Below are positions 36,441 through 39,815 of a stretch of 39,815 nucleotides of DNA, piece after piece. The notes under the pieces were generated by a model, which worked only from the letters and a program-made list of their open reading frames with translations, did not search any database and had not been told where the DNA came from. A program made the position numbers and the translations under genes. The number at the start of each line of letters is the position of its first letter. The first letter of the stretch is position 1. Source of the DNA: an uncultured Dehalococcoidales bacterium (GTDB lineage Bacteria > Chloroflexota > Dehalococcoidia > GIF9 > AB-539-J10); NCBI GenBank assembly GCA_964557995.1, contig CAZLCQ010000001.1, forward strand, positions 1-39,815, given 5' to 3'.

Positions 36441-37274
36441 ATGCAGGTAGTAAGGGCAATTGCCGAGACAAGGGCATTAAGGCAGAAGCTCAGCGGCACC
36501 GTGGGCTTCGTTCCCACTATGGGCTATCTCCATGAAGGCCATCTGGCTCTGGTCAGGTGGGCTAGGAGAGAGAATTCCGCCGTTATTGTCAGCATTTACG
36601 TTAACCCCGCTCAATTCGGCCCCAGGGAGGATTTTGGCGCTTACCCGCGAGACCTCGATCGGGACCTGGAGCTGTTGCAGAGAGAGGGAACGGATATCGT
36701 CTTTGTTCCGCTTGATGAGGAGGTGTACCCACCTGGTTTCAGTAGCTGGGTGGATGTGGGGAAGGTAACCGAGAAACTTGAGGGAGCATCTCGTCCGGGG
36801 CACTTCAGGGGCGTGGCAACTATAGTCGCCAAGCTATTCAACATTGTCCAGCCAACCAGGGCTTACTTCGGGCAGAAAGATGCCCAGCAGGTGGTGGTCG
36901 TCAAGAAAATGGTGGCTGACCTTAATATGGACCTGGAAGTCGTGATTGTGCCGACGGTGAGAGAGAGTGATGGTCTGGCCATGAGTAGTCGTAATACTTA
37001 CCTTAGCCCCAAGGAGCGCCAAGCCGCCACGATATTGTTCAGGGCTCTTGAGTTGGCGCAGCGACTGAGAAGAGGTGGGGAGAAGGACGCGGGAGAGATT
37101 CGCCGACGAATGGCCGCTCTTGTTCAGAAAGAACGTCTGGCCTGCGTTGATTATGTTAGCATCGCTGATGCCGAGACGCTGGAAGAATTGAATTTGCTCG
37201 ACCGCCCGGCGGTGGCTTCCCTGGCGGTCAGGATAGGCAAAACAAGGTTGATAGACAATATGCCGCTGGAATAA
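36441..37274 (+). CDS. panC: pantoate--beta-alanine ligase
   Basis: GFVPTMGYLHEGHLALV (HxGH) and RESDGLAMSSRN motifs. Confidence 0.95.
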   Translation: MQVVRAIAETRALRQKLSGTVGFVPTMGYLHEGHLALVRWARRENSAVIVSIYVNPAQFGPREDFGAYPRDLDRDLELLQREGTDIVFVPLDEEVYPPGFSSWVDVGKVTEKLEGASRPGHFRGVATIVAKLFNIVQPTRAYFGQKDAQQVVVVKKMVADLNMDLEVVIVPTVRESDGLAMSSRNTYLSPKERQAATILFRALELAQRLRRGGEKDAGEIRRRMAALVQKERLACVDYVSIADAETLEELNLLDRPAVASLAVRIGKTRLIDNMPLE

Positions 37275-37403
37275 GGCCTCTTGTAAGACTGATGGGCTCG
37301 TCAGGCCGGTTGTCACGAGGTTCTTGTATTTGGTTGAGTGCACGATGGGTCACGCAGCGTGCATCTGTATAGACTGGGGCGGTTATTATTGAGTCATGAT
37401 GGC

Positions 37404-37432
37404 TTGTCACAAGTGGCAAGAACTTCTATAAT
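37404..37432 (+). promoter_or_regulatory. promoter of the MarR gene with an overlapping inverted repeat (putative operator)
   Basis: TTGTCA (37404..37409)-N17-TATAAT (37427..37432). The imperfect inverted repeat CTTGTCA-caag-TGGCAAG (37403..37420) covers the -35. A second palindrome, TTATC-atga-GATAA, lies in the 5' UTR. Confidence 0.55.
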
Positions 37433-37484
37433 AGACCATGTCTAAAGGGACAAAGTTATCATGAGATAATTAAGGAGGCCACGT

Positions 37485-38027
37485 ATGACGTCAAACGCCA
37501 AAACAGACAAGTTGGTTCTGAAATTATGGTTCGTAACGCACCGAACCCGTGACGTGCTCAGGAACTGTGAGGACAAAGTATTCGGCAAGTATGGGCTTAC
37601 TGCAGAACAGTACGGAGTGCTCGCTGTCATGGAAGTACTGGGTGGTTCCGTGAGGGTAACTGACCTGGCCCGGGGGCTAGGACGCAGCGCGAACAGTGTC
37701 AGTATGATAGTCGATCGCATGGTCAAGGCTGGCCTGGTGCGAAGAGCAAGAGACCGGGGCGACCGCAGGACCGTACGTGTCAGTGTCACCAACAAAGGGG
37801 AGGTTGCCTTTAGACCGGCAACTGTGGCAGGGCTGGAGTTGATCGGGGAAGTCACATCACCGCTGTCAAACGAGGACAAGCGTACCTTTGTCAGGCTGCA
37901 CGAAATAGTAAGAAACAAGGCACTTCAATATTTGAACCCCGAAGGGGATATAGAAGAAATGAGAAGAAGCGACGTCACGAACCACCCCGATTTGCTCAAG
38001 CGACTGCGTCAATACCTTTCAACCTAG
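37485..38027 (+). CDS. MarR family transcriptional regulator
   Basis: 180 aa. Winged-HTH region LTAEQYGVLAVM...VTDLARGLGRSANSVSMIVDRMVKAGLVRRARDRGDRRTV. AAGGAGG lies upstream of the start. Confidence 0.85.
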   Translation: MTSNAKTDKLVLKLWFVTHRTRDVLRNCEDKVFGKYGLTAEQYGVLAVMEVLGGSVRVTDLARGLGRSANSVSMIVDRMVKAGLVRRARDRGDRRTVRVSVTNKGEVAFRPATVAGLELIGEVTSPLSNEDKRTFVRLHEIVRNKALQYLNPEGDIEEMRRSDVTNHPDLLKRLRQYLST

Positions 38028-38154
38028 CCTGGTGAGAGTTGAGAGACCCCAGCACATTTCAGGTGCTCGCAACGGCATATTGACAGGTTCTGCCCTCGAG
38101 GCTCGAGATAGTGAATTCAATTACAGATAAATACCCCTTGGTTTGTGATTCATT

Positions 38155-39132
38155 TTAACTTGCTTTGTCCTGACCAGTTCTCCTCCTATGCGTGAAGAAC
38201 ATCGCCAGGCCTGCCGCCACCGCTGCTACCCCCACCACTATCCAGGGCCACCAGGGCAGCCCCACGGAGGACGGCACCGTTGTATCTCCCCACATGTTTG
38301 TCTCTGTTGCCTTGACGGTACCTGAAATACCGGGAGAAGTTGATGATATCTCCATTATCACCCCGCTCAGTTTATCCCAGTAGTAGGTAATCTGGGTTTC
38401 AGCCGCCGAAAAGCCTGCATAAACTACTGTTCTGTTTGCTCCCGCATAAGTTCTGGCAGCTTCGCCTTCTATTGCCACATTGCCGTACCCGACTATGTAA
38501 ACTGAGTCTCCTGTTGTTCGGTTGGCGGAAATCACAATTCCTGCCAGCCCTGGGACTTCGCTGCCAGACACAACATCTACAGGTCCGCTGTCGCTTTGTT
38601 CGCTTCCGTTGGAGATGTGCACTGTAGCCCGCACATCGGCGATCGTGCCATTAAGGCCGAGAAACTCCAGCTTCAACCACTCCGGGTATGGCTGGCCAGC
38701 AGGCCAACCGGTAGTATTATACGTAAGTTTTATCCAGTCGCCGGCCTTGATACCCGCATTACCAGCCTCAGCACCCACGAAGTTGGCCGTTATGGAGTAG
38801 TTGCCGTTCATGGTGATGTTGGTTGATGCAGCGTCGACATCAGCAATGGTGTCTACATCGCCAGCCCATTCGACAAACCGGTGACCAGCATCTGGGGTCG
38901 CCACCAGGTCGACTACCGTTTCTGCAGTATAGTTAAACGCGCCTTCTCCAGGCGTGATGACCAAACCACCCTCGGTGCTGTTGATGGAGAGTTCGTACTG
39001 AACCGACGATGTCTCCTCAGAGTCAGTGGTGTTTGTGCTGCTTTCCGCGGCTCTCATGCCGACAGCCGGAGAAGCCGCCATCAATACCAGTGCCAGAATT
39101 GCCGCCAAAGCGAAGATTTTCTTTTGTCCCAT
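38155..39132 (-). CDS. secreted, C-terminally anchored surface protein with a divergent InlB-B-repeat-like domain
   Basis: N-terminal signal peptide (KKIFALAAILALVLMAASPAVG). The domain GGLVITPGEGAFNYTAETVVDLVATPDAGHRFVEWAGDVDTIADVDAASTNITMNGNYSITANF is present. A C-terminal TM helix is followed by the basic tail HRRRTGQDKAS. Confidence 0.7.
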   Translation of the reverse strand: MGQKKIFALAAILALVLMAASPAVGMRAAESSTNTTDSEETSSVQYELSINSTEGGLVITPGEGAFNYTAETVVDLVATPDAGHRFVEWAGDVDTIADVDAASTNITMNGNYSITANFVGAEAGNAGIKAGDWIKLTYNTTGWPAGQPYPEWLKLEFLGLNGTIADVRATVHISNGSEQSDSGPVDVVSGSEVPGLAGIVISANRTTGDSVYIVGYGNVAIEGEAARTYAGANRTVVYAGFSAAETQITYYWDKLSGVIMEISSTSPGISGTVKATETNMWGDTTVPSSVGLPWWPWIVVGVAAVAAGLAMFFTHRRRTGQDKAS

Positions 39133-39180
39133 AGCTCTCTCCTGATCTAATAGCGTAGTTTCCGAAGGATGTTGTTACAT

Positions 39181-39208
39181 ATAATATCACCAGCCGCTGC
39201 GCTGTCAA
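39181..39208 (-). promoter_or_regulatory. promoter of the surface-protein gene (extended -10)
   Basis: The minus strand reads TTGACA-N16-TATTAT with TGA directly upstream of the -10. It lies about 45 nt upstream of the ATG, which has AGGAGAGAG as its SD. Confidence 0.55.
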
Positions 39209-39463
39209 GCGTTTATCAGGCATTTCGGGGGGTAAGAATAAGACCTGTTCCCAAGAAACCAGTGCCTCGCTTTGGCATGCGCCTTGTGACTTCTAACCCT
39301 ATTATGTATACCACCCAACTTACTCATCGCTTAGATTCCGTGGTCTTCTCCTATCAGGGGAGAGAACTATGGCCGGCAGGGGAATATTGACAGATTCTAT
39401 CCTCGGGAACTGAAAATGCTGGAACTTGGCTACAAATAAATAGCAATGGCTTCCACGGCTCAT

Positions 39464-39492
39464 TTGACAACCGAAAAGGGCTATTGTATAAT
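39464..39492 (+). promoter_or_regulatory. perfect consensus sigma70 promoter driving the 23S rRNA gene
   Basis: TTGACA (39464..39469)-N17-TATAAT (39487..39492), about 80 nt upstream of the mature 23S 5' end. Confidence 0.7.
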
Positions 39493-39571
39493 TGCCACAC
39501 TCCTCAACGGAGATCATTTTCGCACGTTAACAAGTGAATAGGTTTTGTGTTCTGTCTGGCGTGAGTCAAGG

Positions 39572-39815
<244 letters not shown>

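Noticed and set aside
39387-39417. A second TTGACA (39387..39392) upstream of the 23S gene as a tandem P1 promoter.
   Set aside because: No acceptable -10 lies at 16-18 nt. The best candidates are CTGAAA and GAAAAT at 17 and 19 nt. Only the downstream perfect promoter is reported.

Overview
All calls come from reading the ORF track and the raw sequence, using motifs recalled from memory. No database or covariance-model search was run.

The window is a gene-dense chromosomal segment of about 42 genes. I saw no transposases, integrases, phage genes, CRISPR arrays or tRNAs.

Most of the content is housekeeping:
- Stress and stringent response: msrB-msrA and relA/spoT.
- Replication, translation and cofactor genes: hisS, gyrB, nadD, obg, dnaA and fmt.
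- Ribosomal proteins: rpsT and rplU-rpmA-rpmE.
- A C1/folate operon, cooC-folD-fhs, followed by a stand-alone Fe-S protein.
- A pantothenate operon: S58 peptidase, DUF2520 reductase, panD, panB, panC.
- The 5' end of a 23S rRNA gene with no 16S gene upstream.

The source looks like a Chloroflexota/Dehalococcoidia-like bacterium. This is inference only. It rests on the unlinked 23S gene, the partial Wood-Ljungdahl gene set with cooC, and a divergent InlB-B-repeat surface protein.

The items most worth a second look:
1. A promoter-to-terminator leader RNA of about 130 nt directly upstream of the pantothenate operon. It has a hairpin with two bulged A residues and mutually exclusive terminator and antiterminator pairings. 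It may be an instance of the orphan 'pan' RNA motif.
2. A staphyloxanthin-type tailoring trio (CrtQ-like, CrtO-like, and a CrtN/P/D-family oxidoreductase fused to a degenerate GltD-like Cys domain) with no backbone synthase in view.
3. Two conserved genes, rplU and the 2Fe-2S protein, whose conserved N-termini can only be reached from non-canonical start codons (ATT and CTG).
4. A 23S rRNA gene with its own perfect consensus promoter.
5. A sequon-rich surface protein.

I did not find a convincing new multi-gene system such as a defence island.
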